Source: Octopus sinensis (taxonomy: Eukaryota). Taken from it: DNA of 64,000 nucleotides. The stretch covers positions 64,604,001 through 64,668,000 of the forward strand of contig NC_043001.1 of assembly GCF_006345805.1 (NCBI RefSeq), written 5' to 3'. Shown one piece after another: positions 1 through 11,510 of this stretch (positions are counted from its first letter, which is position 1; each line of letters starts with the position of its first letter). The notes under the pieces were generated by a model that was not told the DNA's origin, ran no database searches, and saw nothing but the letters and a program-made list of their open reading frames with translations. A program made the translations under genes and the position numbers.

Positions 1-156
1 GATGTCTTTTATAATTAAACATTCTCTCAGCTCATGTATGTGTGTATATATATATAGTTATAGGCACAGGTATGGCTGTGTGGAGGTGCAGGCATGGTTC
101 TGTGGAGTCACAGGCATAGCTGTATGGAGGCACTGGCATGGCAGTGTGGAAGGTGC

Positions 157-546
157 AGGCATGGTTGTGAGGTAAGAAGCTTGCTTCCCAACCACATGGT
201 TCCATGTTCAGTCCCACTTTGTGGCACTTTGGGCAAGTGTCTTCTACTATAGCCTCAGGCCAACCAAAGCCTTGTGAGTGGATTTGGTAGACAGATACTG
301 AAAGAAGCCTGTCCTATATATATATATGTATATGTTTGTGTGTCTATGTTTGTCCCTCCACCATTGATTGACAACCGATGTTGGTGTGTTTACATCCTTG
401 TAACTTAGTGGTTCAGCATGAGAGACCAATAGAATAAGTGCTAAGCTTACAAAGAATAAGTCCTGGGGTCGATTTGTTCTACTAAAGGAAGTGCTTCAGC
501 ATGGCCGCAGTCAAATGACTGAAACAAATAAAAGAATAAAAGAATG
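157..546 (+). mobile_element. Bipartite tRNA-derived SINE (head, internal TA/TG microsatellite, tail), older copy
   Basis: Homologous to five other copies in the window (1976, 20996, 41495, 44120, 50418). Has A/B-box-like head and (AAAGAAT)n-like tail. Confidence 0.9.
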
Positions 547-1103
547 TATATATTGTTGTGTCTGGGATGAGTCATTTTGTCTTTACACCTTATTAACTAA
601 CACACTCACTGGTTCAATTTCCACTCAATTTACCATATTTGATGGCCTATAAGACACATTTTTAAAACCCAAAAATGGCTTTAAAAATCCACTTGTGTCC
701 AATGCCCTCAATGTAGGCTCAAAACCTGTGACTGTTGGCCAAAATTATACTTCAGAGGTCACGTAGATATAGCTTAGTAGCTCAGCCTACCTCTCTATGA
801 TATTGTAATAGCCTATTTTATCAAAAAAACATTAGATTATTATTATTATTTATCATCATCATGATTATTATTGCTAATATTATAATTATTATATATGTTG
901 TTACTATTGATATTTAAATACCCAATAACAGCATCTTAAATGCTTTACATGTTTGTTTACAAAATGTGTGCTGCCACCTTCTATTGAATCATCACTTGAT
1001 GGCAATGCTGCTAACATTCACTGTATGAGGGATAACACGAAATCTTCATTCAGTTGCTCATGAGACACAGGTAAAAGATTTTTTTTTATTTTCTGGATTT
1101 TAC

Positions 1104-1310
1104 CTATACGGATATGGCTATAGGAGGAAAGAGGTTAAGCTACACTATTCGGTACAAGCTTCAGGTAGCAGACTATGCTAAAGAGCATGGAAACAGTAGC
1201 AGCACAGTATTTTGGCCCTCCTTCTATTGAAAAAAAAATGGCATGTTTCTGGCAGCTGCAAGAAAATAAATACAGCCAGCAAAGAAAGGAAACTATAGGC
1301 AAGGGTACGT
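1104..1310 (+). pseudogene. pogo/Tigger-type transposase N-terminal Brinker-like DNA-binding domain remnant
   Basis: Reads MAIGGKRLSYTIRYKLQVADYAKEHGN, then after a frameshift AAQYFGPPSIEK..W.LQE. This matches the KRxSYTxxFKLxVxxYAxxHGNxAA motif. Confidence 0.65.
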
Positions 1311-1404
1311 TTTATGCACTCATGCATCTTATAGGCCTTCAAATATGTTATTTATATATAATTTTCTTTAAGGAGTTTTGTTGTTTCTTGCAACCTTCTC
1401 AATA

Positions 1405-1582
1405 TTTAAAAGATGAGGAATTATGTACATTATTTACCTTATTTGCATTATTTACATTTGACAGATATTTGTCCTCATCTTTGTTGCTAACACAGTGTTT
1501 CGGCTGATATACCCTCCAGCCTTCATCAAGTGTTTTGGGGGAAATTTTGAGCCTGGGTTCTCATTCCTAAGGTATTTTTCGA

Positions 1583-1651
<69 letters not shown>

Positions 1652-1961
1652 TAAGGTCAATGCCTGGAATCGAACTCGAATCTTGGGGTTAGTAGCTGCG
1701 CTTTTAACCACCACATAGGCATATGGCGTAGTGGTTAAGAGCGTGGGCTACTAACCCCAAGTTTCCGAGTTCGATTCCAGGCAGTGACCTTAATAATAAT
1801 AATAATAATAACATTGACAAATACCTTAGGAATGAGAACCCAGGTTTGAAAATTCCCCAAGACACTTGATGAAGGCTGGAGGATATATCAGCCAATATGT
1901 GTTAACATCAAACAAGATGAGGACAAATATCCATCAAATGTAAATAAGGTAAATAATGTAC
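1405..1961. mobile_element. Head-to-head palindromic non-autonomous element: tRNA-like head + (AAT)n + hammerhead-bearing tail
   Basis: 1405-1716 is the reverse complement of 1722-1961. A-box TGGCGTAGTGG and B-box GAGTTCGATTC are present. Direct repeat CTTCTCAATA at 1395-1404 and 1961-1970. Confidence 0.85.
1489..1534 (-). ncRNA. Degenerate type I hammerhead ribozyme motif
   Basis: Minus strand reads AACAC-UUGAUGA-A-GGCUG-loop-CAGCC-GAAAC-ACU-GUGUU. Stems I and II pair; C3 and the cleavage triplet are mutated. A more decayed mirror copy lies at ~1862-1903 (+). Confidence 0.65.
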
Positions 1962-1975
1962 TTCTCAATAGTTAC

Positions 1976-2191
1976 TATTTTACTATTTTACTATTTTACT
2001 TGTTTCAGTCATTTGACTGCGGCCATGCTGGAGCACCGCCTTTAGTCGAGCAAATCGACCCCGGGACTTATTCTTTGTAAGCCCAGTACTTATTCTATCG
2101 GTCTCTTTTGCCGAACCGCTAAGTGACAGGGACGTAAACACACCAGCATCGGTTATCAAGCAATGCTAAGGGGACAAACACAGACACACAA

Positions 2192-2242
<51 letters not shown>

Positions 2243-2407
2243 TACGACAGGCTTCTTTCAGTTTCCGTCTACCAAATCCACTCACAAGGCATTGGTCGGC
2301 CCGGGGCTATAGCAGAAGACACTTGCCCAAGATGCCACACAGTGGGACTGAACCCGGAACCATGTGGCTGGTTAGCAAGCTACTTACCACACAGCCACTC
2401 CTGCGCC
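1976..2407 (-). mobile_element. Bipartite tRNA-derived SINE, young copy
   Basis: Near-identical to 41495-41905, with CpGs retained. Confidence 0.92.
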
Positions 2408-2429
2408 ACTCCAGTTGTTGCTGAATGCT

Positions 2430-2775
2430 TTTTATTTGCATATGTAAGCATCAGTGTGTGTATTTGTGCATATATATATGTGTTTGTGTACATATGTATT
2501 TATGTATTCTGCATATTCATGTTTTTGTGTGTGCATGTTTGTGTGTGTTTGTGCATGTACCTCTGACTCCTTGTGTGCATGTTTGAGTGTGTCCATATGT
2601 ATGGGTTTGTGTGACTATGTATGTTATGTATGGATGTGTATCTCCATATGTACCTTTGTGTGTATTCACGTATGTGTGTAGAATGTGTGTGTGTGTGTTC
2701 TTGTCTGTCCATATTACCTGTGGACCTATCTGTCTACTTACATATGTACCTATATATCCATTGTCCTACCTGTAT
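2430..2775. repeat. TG/TA-rich dispersed low-complexity repeat
   Basis: Shares non-periodic words (GCATATTCATGTTTTTGTGTGTGCAT, CTTGTCTGTCCATAT, CTACTTACATATG) with the reverse complement of 7520-7870. Confidence 0.6.
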
Positions 2776-5440
2776 ATATATAAAATTAATCCAAATGTGA
2801 AAATTCAAAGAGAAAACACAACAACGTGAGGACGTGGAACAAATATAGGGTTATTGGACACTCAGGAAAGGAAAGAAAGATGGAGGATTTAACATTTTGA
2901 GCAGAGCTCTTCGTCAGAAACATAGAAAAAGGAAAGATCTAAGGAAGGGAAGACGGAGGAAAAAAAATCGCCAACAATACACTTGTAGTCACATATTTGT
3001 CTATATAACAGCCTACTAACAAATGTACCTATGTATGTATACTCTGTGGGTATTGGTGTATCACTATCGTCTACATGTATTTCCTATTTAGTACGGGGTA
3101 GGTTTCATTTATGAGGATGTACTCCTGTATTTGTCTGAGGATGCTTGGATAAAATGCAGATGTCAAGTCGGCCCAGTGTGCCACCATGTTGGTTTTTGGC
3201 ACGTTGATAGAGTATGGTTGACCGTTTTTTGTCATCATATTCCCGCAAGTGTTTATTTAATCTCTCTGCAGTATGTCATTTCTAGTTCTATAGTTAATGT
3301 CAGGTTTAATCTTACATACCATACAGTTCTCATTAATGCATGTGGTATTCTTAAAGGAGCACATCCCACATAACTGCAATCTGATGGAGTTCCCTGACTT
3401 TTCAATGATCTTAATATTGAGTTTGGTCTCCTTCAGAGCTTTCTTAAATATACGGGCTATGGAAACTAGCCCACAAATTTCCTTGTTTGCAATGGGCTAA
3501 TTCTCCATGGGAACTAGCCTATGAAGTTCCTTGATATTTGTCAGCCCTGTACCATGTGTTCACTCTGCTTTGTCACAAACTCTCTTTAACTTATTCCAGT
3601 CTTTACCTCTGTATCTAGGGCAGGTACCACTGGCTTCATTATAATTAAAGTTATCTAGCTTCTTTCTAGCTCCCCTGTAAACATAAACTCCATCTTTCTG
3701 GTCATATCTAGAGAATTGCATGTGGTGCATGAAGGTCTGTACATATTTCCTTGTTTCATAGGGTTTGCATAGGGGTGCATGAGAATGTGGTGCAACATAC
3801 TCCAACCCAGGAAATGGACTGCACAAAATTTCCAGGCATTCAACAACAATGTTCCTACACTGTATGGGTTACATAAGGACTATGCAGACTGTGTAGTAGT
3901 GGGTAGTATGAATGTGGTTTCACTCTACACATCTACAGACATTGATTTTGCCAAGGAAAAAGATGCATTGAGATTATCTGTGGCAGTGAACACAAGGGAA
4001 CTGGGCATCCTCCTTAAACTAAGCTATGATCATAACTACTTAGACAACCATGACCTAAGTAGATTCTGCCCCACCAGGTCACAGAGAGGAAGACCACCCA
4101 CCCTTGGCAGTGAAGAAAAGCACCACAGAGCACTGGAGTGGCTGGACCATACCCACCCAGGACCCTGAGAACAACAATCAGGTGAAAAAAAGGATGCTAT
4201 AGGAGCTAGTGAAGTTTGACAGGAAACTATACATGCAGGTTCAAGGTGCAACCATTGGTGTCGGTGTGACTGGAGATGTGGCTGGCCTTTTCATGATCTG
4301 GTGGGACAGGAAACTTAAACAATCCCTTGCTGAACAATTCACAACTGTATTGCTTTACTGTAGATATATAGATGACATCAGTATTCTAGTTAGGAAAAAA
4401 CTGTGAGAAGCATTATGGTGAGCATCCAGCACATAGCTAACTCCATCCACCAAAGTATCAAGATAACTATAGATTACCTCACTAGGCACCTAACAATAGA
4501 CTCTGTCTTTGATATTGAACTTTCGTAAACAACAGAGTGCAGCTCCTCTACTCCTATTACATGAAACCCATGGCTTCTAAATATTTTGTCCACAAGAACT
4601 CAGCTTTGTTACACAGCACGAAAATCAACATACTGATAGCAGACTCAGTTAGGATAATGAATAATGTGTCTGCACCCCTATTCAAACCCTATGAAACAAG
4701 GAAATATGTACAGACCTTCATGCACCACATGCAATTCTCTAGATATGACCAGAAAGATGAAGTTTATGTTTACAGGGGAGCTGGAAAAAAGTTAGATAAC
4801 TTTATTTATAATGAAGCCAGTGGTACCTGCCCTAGATACAGAGGTAAAGACTAGAATAGGATACAGAGAGTTTGTGACAAAGCAAACAGAGTGAACACAT
4901 GGTACAGGGCTGACAAATATCAAAGAATGATACTTGTAGAGGCCACATTCCATGGGGAACTAGCCTGTATATTTAGGAAAGCAAATATCGTTGAAAAGCC
5001 AAGGAGCTCTATCAGATCGTAGAATACCACATGTATTAATGAGAAATGCATAGTATGTAAGATCAACCCTGCTATTAACTGTAGAACTAGAAATGTAGTG
5101 CATAGAGGGTGCTTATGAAGACAAGAATATGACATACATTGGAGAGACATCTAGAAGTATTGTGGAGAGATTAAATAAACACTTGAAGCAATATGAGGAC
5201 AAAAAACAGCCTGCATACTCTGCCAACATGCCAAAAACCAACATGGAGGGACACTGGGCTGACTTGACATTCGCATTTTATCTAAGCGCCTGAAAGACCC
5301 ATCACTCAAACAAATACAGGAGTACATCCTCATAAATGAAACATCCCCTGTACTACTTAGGAAATACATAGAAGGTAGTGATACCCTAATACCTACAGAG
5401 TATACATACATAGGTACATTTGTTAGTAGGCTGTTATGTA
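2775..5440 (+). mobile_element. Degenerate Penelope-like element (RT + GIY-YIG) with an inverted copy of its own 3' end
   Basis: RT motifs PTLYGLHKD, SMNVVSLYTS, YMQVQGATIG and YCRYIDD lie at 3850-4400 (+). Thumb and Cys-rich GIY-YIG region at 4660-5430 (+) is mirrored at ~2995-3790 (-). Confidence 0.85.
2888..2920 (-). ncRNA. Minimal hammerhead motif in PLE terminal repeat (decayed)
   Basis: UUU-CUGACGA-A-GAGC-UCU-GCUC-AAAAU-GUU-AAA. GAAAC has decayed to AAAAU. The surrounding 2775-2995 is homologous to 18060-18290. Confidence 0.6.
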
Positions 5441-5442
5441 GG

Positions 5443-5446
<4 letters not shown>

Positions 5447-5500
<54 letters not shown>

Positions 5501-5650
5501 TGTAAGCAATAATAAATCTCTGAACGAGGTATAAACAGTAACTGCACGACAATGTGAGGTATATTTGCCATCTCAGTATGGCTAACCACTAAGGGTGGAT
5601 GTTACTATACCTCACACACACATATATATATATATATATATAATATATAT

Positions 5651-5732
<82 letters not shown>

Positions 5733-5760
5733 TATATATTATATATATATATATACATAC
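5447..5760. repeat. (TA)n microsatellite blocks
   Basis: Long TA runs at ~5447-5500 and ~5620-5757. Confidence 0.95.
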
Positions 5761-6041
5761 ATGAAGGGTGAAATTAATTAATTTGGAATAATTATCAATT
5801 ACACCAAGTAGTCTTCGGCATGTAAAAGCCTCATTCGAGGAAAATTTAAGTAATACTAAGCAATAAAGGGTTTAGCAACGAATTGCCTTACCACATACCG
5901 AATTTAGAAATAGCAGTCAAAGAGTTATAGCTATTTCTTCTACTAAAAAGGGAGATCTCAGTAAAAACAGCAATTGGAAGGCAGACACAAACAGGTAAGA
6001 GAGAATGAATTGACGGCAATCTATCATACAATTTTAAGTTA

Positions 6042-6141
6042 TCTACGGACGTACGTTTCGAAATCAAGTTTTTAGGAAAGCATAAGAATTAAATATTAAA
6101 TAATTCTATCTCACCAAAACTTCTTTTCTCTTCAGCGTAGA
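6042..6141 (-). ncRNA. Type I hammerhead ribozyme, mirror copy
   Basis: Reverse complement of 6542-6641 within the inverted repeat. Confidence 0.85.
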
Positions 6142-6541
6142 ATACTATAATCATAAATGATTATATATTGAATTTTGAGATACTAGAAGGCACCAACTCA
6201 ACTCAGTATCAGAGCGAGCTAGAATCCGCAACTAGTATCACCAAATTCAATGTGTGAATGAAAAGATTGTGTCACCAGCCCCTTCCCACCCGCGTGTAGC
6301 CAAAACAAGATGCTGTGGTCATCTACTGAGATAAAATATGGTTATCCGTAATAATGAAGGGTGAAATTAATTAATTTGGAATAATTATCAATTACACCAA
6401 GTAGTCTTCGGCATGTAAAAGCCTCATTCGAGGAAAATTTGGTGATACTAGTTGCGGATTCTAGCTCGCTCTGATACTGAGTTGAGTTGGTGCCTTCTAG
6501 TATCTCAAAATTCAATATATAATCATTTATGATTATAGTAT

Positions 6542-6641
6542 TCTACGCTGAAGAGAAAAGAAGTTTTGGTGAGATAGAATTATTTAATATTTAATTCTTA
6601 TGCTTTCCTAAAAACTTGATTTCGAAACGTACGTCCGTAGA
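6542..6641 (+). ncRNA. Type I hammerhead ribozyme with intact core
   Basis: Stem I UCUACG/CGUAGA, core CUGAAGA (6548-6554), long stem II (GAAA/UUUC, AAGUUUU/AAAACUU, AGAAUUA/UAAUUCU), GAAAC (6624-6628), palindromic stem III ACGUACGU, and GUC cleavage triplet (6633-6635). Confidence 0.85.
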
Positions 6642-6841
6642 TAACTTAAAATTGTATGATAGATTGCCGTCAATTCATTCTCTCTTACCTGTTTGTGTCT
6701 GCCTTCCAATTGCTGTTTTTACTGAGATCTCCCTTTTTAGTAGAAGAAATAGCTATAACTCTTTGACTGCTATTTCTAAATTCGGTATGTGGTAAGGCAA
6801 TTCGTTGCTAAACCCTTTATTGCTTAGTATATATACATACA

Positions 6842-7530
6842 TCATCATCATCATCATCATCATCATTTAGCGTCCGTTTTCCATGCTAGCATGGGTTGGA
6901 CGGTTCTACTGGGGTCTGTGAAGCCAGAAGGCTTCATCAGGCCCAGTCAAATCTGGCAGTGTTTCTACGGCTGGATGCCCTTCCTAACGCCAACCACTCC
7001 GTGAGTGTAGTGGGTGCTTTTTACGTGCCACCCGCACTGGTGCCAGACAGAGCTGGCGAACGGCCACGAACGGATGGTGCTTTTTATGTGCCACCGGCAC
7101 GAGGGCCAGGCGAGGCTGGCAACGGACACGAAACGGGGCGGTGCTGGCAACGGTCGCGAAACGGAAAGTTCTCTTACATGCCACCGGCACTGGTAACACA
7201 TCTGCAATTTCCATTGATCGATTTCGATTCTGATCCTCACTTGCCTCAATGGGTCTTCACAAGCAGAGTTTCGACATGCCACCGGCACTGGTAGCACATC
7301 CGCAATTTCCATTGATCGATTTCGATTCTGATCCTCACTTGCCTCAACACGTCTTCACAAGTAGAGTTTTGTGTCCCAAGAAGGGAAGGTATGCATACGT
7401 AGGCTGGCTCCATCCCATGTAGAAGGCCACATAAATCGGAATCAAAATCGAAATCACTCAAAAATCAATGGAAATTGTAGTTGTGGCACGTAAAAGAACC
7501 ATCTGAACATGGCCGTTGCCAGCGGCGCCC
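6842..7530 (-). mobile_element. RTE-family 3' tail / RTE-tailed SINE with (GAT)n end
   Basis: Contains the GGAAGGGCATCCAGCCGTAGAAAC motif and CCAACCCATGCTAGCATGG tail shared with the RTE 3' ends at ~17870-18010 and ~27420-27560. Internal ~98-bp tandem duplication at 7179-7363. Confidence 0.8.
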
Positions 7531-8206
7531 CATATGTAAGTAGATAGATAGGTATATAGATATGGACAGACAAGCACGCATGGACACGCATACACTTGAG
7601 GAGATAGAAACACATGACCATATACACACACATTCCACACACTCATGCATAAACACAAAGACACATGAAGACACACATCCATACATTACAGATGTATGTA
7701 AATACACAAATATGCACACACAAAAACATGAATATGCATACATATGTACATACATGCTTACATACATATATGCATGCACACACACACACACATACGTGTA
7801 TACACATGCCTGCTGACACACACACATGCACACAAACAAACAAAAAGAATGCAGCACTGATAACTGACAGAATCAATAACTATTGAGTAGGTTGCAAGAA
7901 GCAACAAAAATTCTAGAAGAAAAAATATATATATGAATAAACTGAATGGAAATCAAACTGGTGAGCGTGTTAGTTAATTAGGTGCAAAGACAAAATGACT
8001 CTCCCCAGACAAAATATGCTTCAATACACCAATTTGCATAAAGTGTCTTGCAAACCAGATACAAAAATGAAGTATACATACACACACACAACGATACATA
8101 TATATATAAAAGACAATCTTCATATCCAACATGACGTAGATGTTGTATTTGGATACTGACCACTGCTTTATTTACATTGAGAGGACCTCTCGCATGATTG
8201 CTTGGT

Positions 8207-9040
8207 ATGCTTTTATGCACTATGCATCCATATGAGAGGTCCTTTTCAGTTAAATAATGCAGTGTTCTAACACAACATCCATGTTAAGTTTGATATAAAG
8301 ATTGCTTTTTGATATTGATACTGCTTCTGTTGCCATTGATTATGTTTTAAGCTTCCTAGCTATTTGCAGCATCAGTGCCTGAAAAAACACTGAAATTCTG
8401 TATATTGTTGACAGTGAGATTCAGCTGTTATGTCGCTACCAGAGATTCGGCTGTTGTGCTGCTACAAGACATCTGCTATTGATGAGCCCAGGCAGGGTGA
8501 AATCATGTAATCTGGAAGTTCTGGCATCTATGGAAGCCAATTCATCTGCCAACAACATAAATATGAGTGCTGTTATGCACCATGTATCCATATGAGAGTT
8601 CCTCTCAAGGTAAATACTGCAGTATTCAGTGTTCTGATGCAACATCCATGTTAAATTGGATATAAAGATTGCTTCTGTCTCCATTAATTATCATTTGATA
8701 AGCCTGCAAGCTATTTGTGACATCAGTGCCTGAAAAGAAAAGACACTGAATTTCTATATATTATTGACAGTGAGATTCAGCTGTTATGTTGCTACCGGAT
8801 GTTGACCACTGAGCTCAGACTGGATGAAATCACCCATTCTGGTAGTTCCAGCACCCCTGGCAGACAATTCTTGTTTGCCAACAATATGAATTGAGTGCTT
8901 TCATGCACCATGTGTCCATATAAGATGTCTTCTTAAAGTAAATAACACAGTATTCAGTGTTTTAAAGCAACATCTATGTTAAGTTGGACATAAAGATTGT
9001 CTTTTGATATTCATATTGCATCTGTAGCTATTAATTATAT
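8207..9040. repeat. Diverged tandem repeat, ~2.5 units of ~330-360 bp
   Basis: ATGCAC.ATG..TCCATAT anchors at 8215, 8575 and 8903. TTGACAGTGAGATTCAGCTGTTATGT occurs at ~8408 and ~8765. Confidence 0.85.
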
Positions 9041-9047
9041 CTATATA

Positions 9048-9869
9048 TAGGGTGTGATGGGTAAATTGTCACCATTTTATATTTTTAATTTTTCACATGC
9101 ACATTGTTTTTGATTTTGTGACTTTGTCAACTACACAGTATAGTAGGGTCAGTTGGGTACTGAGAAAAACAGCACCATGATGCAATTCACTCTGCCAGAA
9201 ATTTGGAAACAACATGTTGTACTGTTGGCATTTGTGCTGGAAGCTCCTCTATGGACATTTCAGAGTGTTTGGATGGCAGTCTGTGAACATGTACCAAGAG
9301 TGATAAAAATCAAACATCCAGTCAACATCATGGTGTTTGGAGTGATCACTAGTGATGGCAATGTTATGCCTCCATTCATTTTCCTACAAGACCTTAGCCT
9401 CAACACAGAGACCTACAGAAAGTGCCTGGAGGAAGTAGTGCTGCCCTGGGTCAAGAGAGTGGTTGCACCATGCCACACAAGCAGGGTAACCAAGTTATGA
9501 CTGTCAGACAATTTCTGCAACCACATCACACCTAACTCTTCAGAATGCAACCCCTTTGATTATTATGTGTGGGGCACAGTTGAGCAATAGACCAACAAAA
9601 CTCCTTGTAATACCAAAGATGAACTGAAGGCAAGGATTATGGCAGCATTTACCAACTTAAACAAGGAGACCATCCAGAAGAGTTGCAGGAGATTTCAAAG
9701 TTGTCTGGAGACCATGGTTGAAGCCAATGGCGATTTTATTGAATAAAATTACTCTTTAGTATTTCAAGATATTTTAATGAAATTTTGGTAAATATATCTG
9801 CTAAAATGAGATACCAGTGTTATTTTCATTTCTGAGTAATTTAGACAGCAATATATTCACCACACCCTG
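9048..9869 (+). mobile_element. Internally deleted Tc1/mariner element (DD37D/maT-like)
   Basis: Imperfect TIRs (c/t)AGGGTGTG with TA flanks. Transposase remnants KHPVNIMVFGVITSDG, CLEEVVLPWV, NPFDYYVW and EANGDFIE*. Confidence 0.85.
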
Positions 9870-9949
9870 TATATTTATATATGAGTATGTATGTATGTAT
9901 ATTTATGTGAAATTTGTTCCTTCAGAGTATCTCATTAGCCAATCATATG

Positions 9950-11000
9950 CAGGAAACTACTGGTCTAATGACCACGATCACTGTGATCCCTATTGCTTCA
10001 AAGTTTTTTGTCTCTCACTCCTGTGGTAGTATGTTTACTCATTTAGCTATGTTCACTCTGGATGGTCACTCATTTAGTTATGTGCACTCTTGGATAGAGT
10101 CACCACCTGTGACCTCAGCCATCCAAGATCTTTCAAATGATGTTCACCATTCCTAACAAGCAGGCCAGTTGCATGTATTCTATGTGCTTCTACAAGCCAA
10201 TCTTTTCTGTATACTTCTTGAGTTTCTTCCCTGTAATTCCGAAGGCTCCAATGAGAATTGGTAGAACCTCACTTTTTCTGGAACCCCACAGTGTTTATCT
10301 CTCTTTTCAGATCCTGGTGTATATCTACCTTGTTTTCTTTTTCTTTTATTCTTGTATAAAATGGAGAAGCAAAATCAATTATGTAGCAAGTTTGTTCCAT
10401 CTCCTCAAACACCAAGATCTCTAGTCTGTTATGCTCTAGGACATGATCTGTGTGGATAAGAAAGTCCCAAAGAAGTTTAACCTCATCATTCTCAGTCACT
10501 TTTTCAGGTGCATGTTCATACTTCTTACACATTTCCTAGCACACAATCTTTGTAATATTATCATGTTGCCTATATTTGTACTGTTTCTGTACAAGTTTGG
10601 AACATTCACTTACCAGGTGGGTCACTGTTTCTTCTTGTTCATCACACAACCTGCACTATGTTGACACATTGATCCCCTGCCCTACATTTTGCAGTATTTG
10701 TCCAGTGGGCTTGATCCTGAGCTGCCATGATTCATCCTTCTATCTCAGTTTTGAGAATTCCTTTTTATAATTCCAAGTGTCTTTACTGCTTTCTGCCTCA
10801 GTATTCTTCATAAACTGAAGGTGTAAATGTTTCTCCATATAACCTTACTTTCTCTTTACTTATATCCCTGACTTTCTTTGTGTTATTTTGATCATTGTTT
10901 TCAGCTTCCACCAATGCCTCATCTCTTTGCATTTCATCTATTCATTTATCTAATTTTTCTTCATTGAGTTCACCTCTGTCAAATTCCATTGCAATGTCTC
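9950..11000 (-). mobile_element. R4/Dong-clade non-LTR retrotransposon 3' remnant (RLE domain)
   Basis: KLLWDFLIHTDHVLEHNR..I....CYIIDFASP...KE...DLKREI. Confidence 0.8.
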
Positions 11001-11510
11001 TTTTTATCATACCTAACTCTAAATCTGAAAGCCATCCATTTACTCTAATTCCCTCTGCCAAGGAAGTTATGTTTTCATCAACGTTGTTTTGTCTGTCTGT
11101 GTGCAAAATAACTCAAAAAGTTGTGAATGGTATTTGATGAAACTTGCAGAAAAAGTTGGTAATGACACAAGAAACAGATGATGAAATTTTGGTAGTGATC
11201 TGGGAATTTTCATAGATTCTTGAGGGACTTTTCATTTGTTATATTTACTTTACATGAAGTACTACAATGTAATGTTCTTTGATTATCTCCCTTGAAAACA
11301 TGTTCATCATTTCCACGTAACCTATGGTGGCATTGCTGTTTCCAAAGTTTATTTTTTATAGCATGCTTTCACTTCACTACTGAGCACAGCTCTGTGTACC
11401 TTGGGTATGTGCTGTGATTTGCTGTGATGCTCTGATGGTTACTGTATTGAAAATGTTTTGCGTAGGATGTATTGTTATTATTATTATCATTATTATTATT
11501 ATTATTATTC

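Larger units (their letters stand above)
5761..6830. mobile_element. Non-coding PLE/retrozyme-like insertion: 87-bp direct repeat + 395-bp inverted repeat
   Basis: 5761-5847 equals 6354-6440. 5853-6247 is the reverse complement of 6436-6830, with no mismatch seen by eye. Confidence 0.9.

Noticed and set aside
1495-1714. Poly-Leu and poly-Ile ORFs (also 11414-11680 and 22182-22382)
   Set aside because: These are translations of (TTA)n/(AAT)n microsatellites.
1725-1790. tRNA gene (loop CTACTAA, A and B boxes)
   Set aside because: No acceptor stem pairing, and it is embedded in a repeated palindromic element. It is a tRNA-derived head, not a tRNA.
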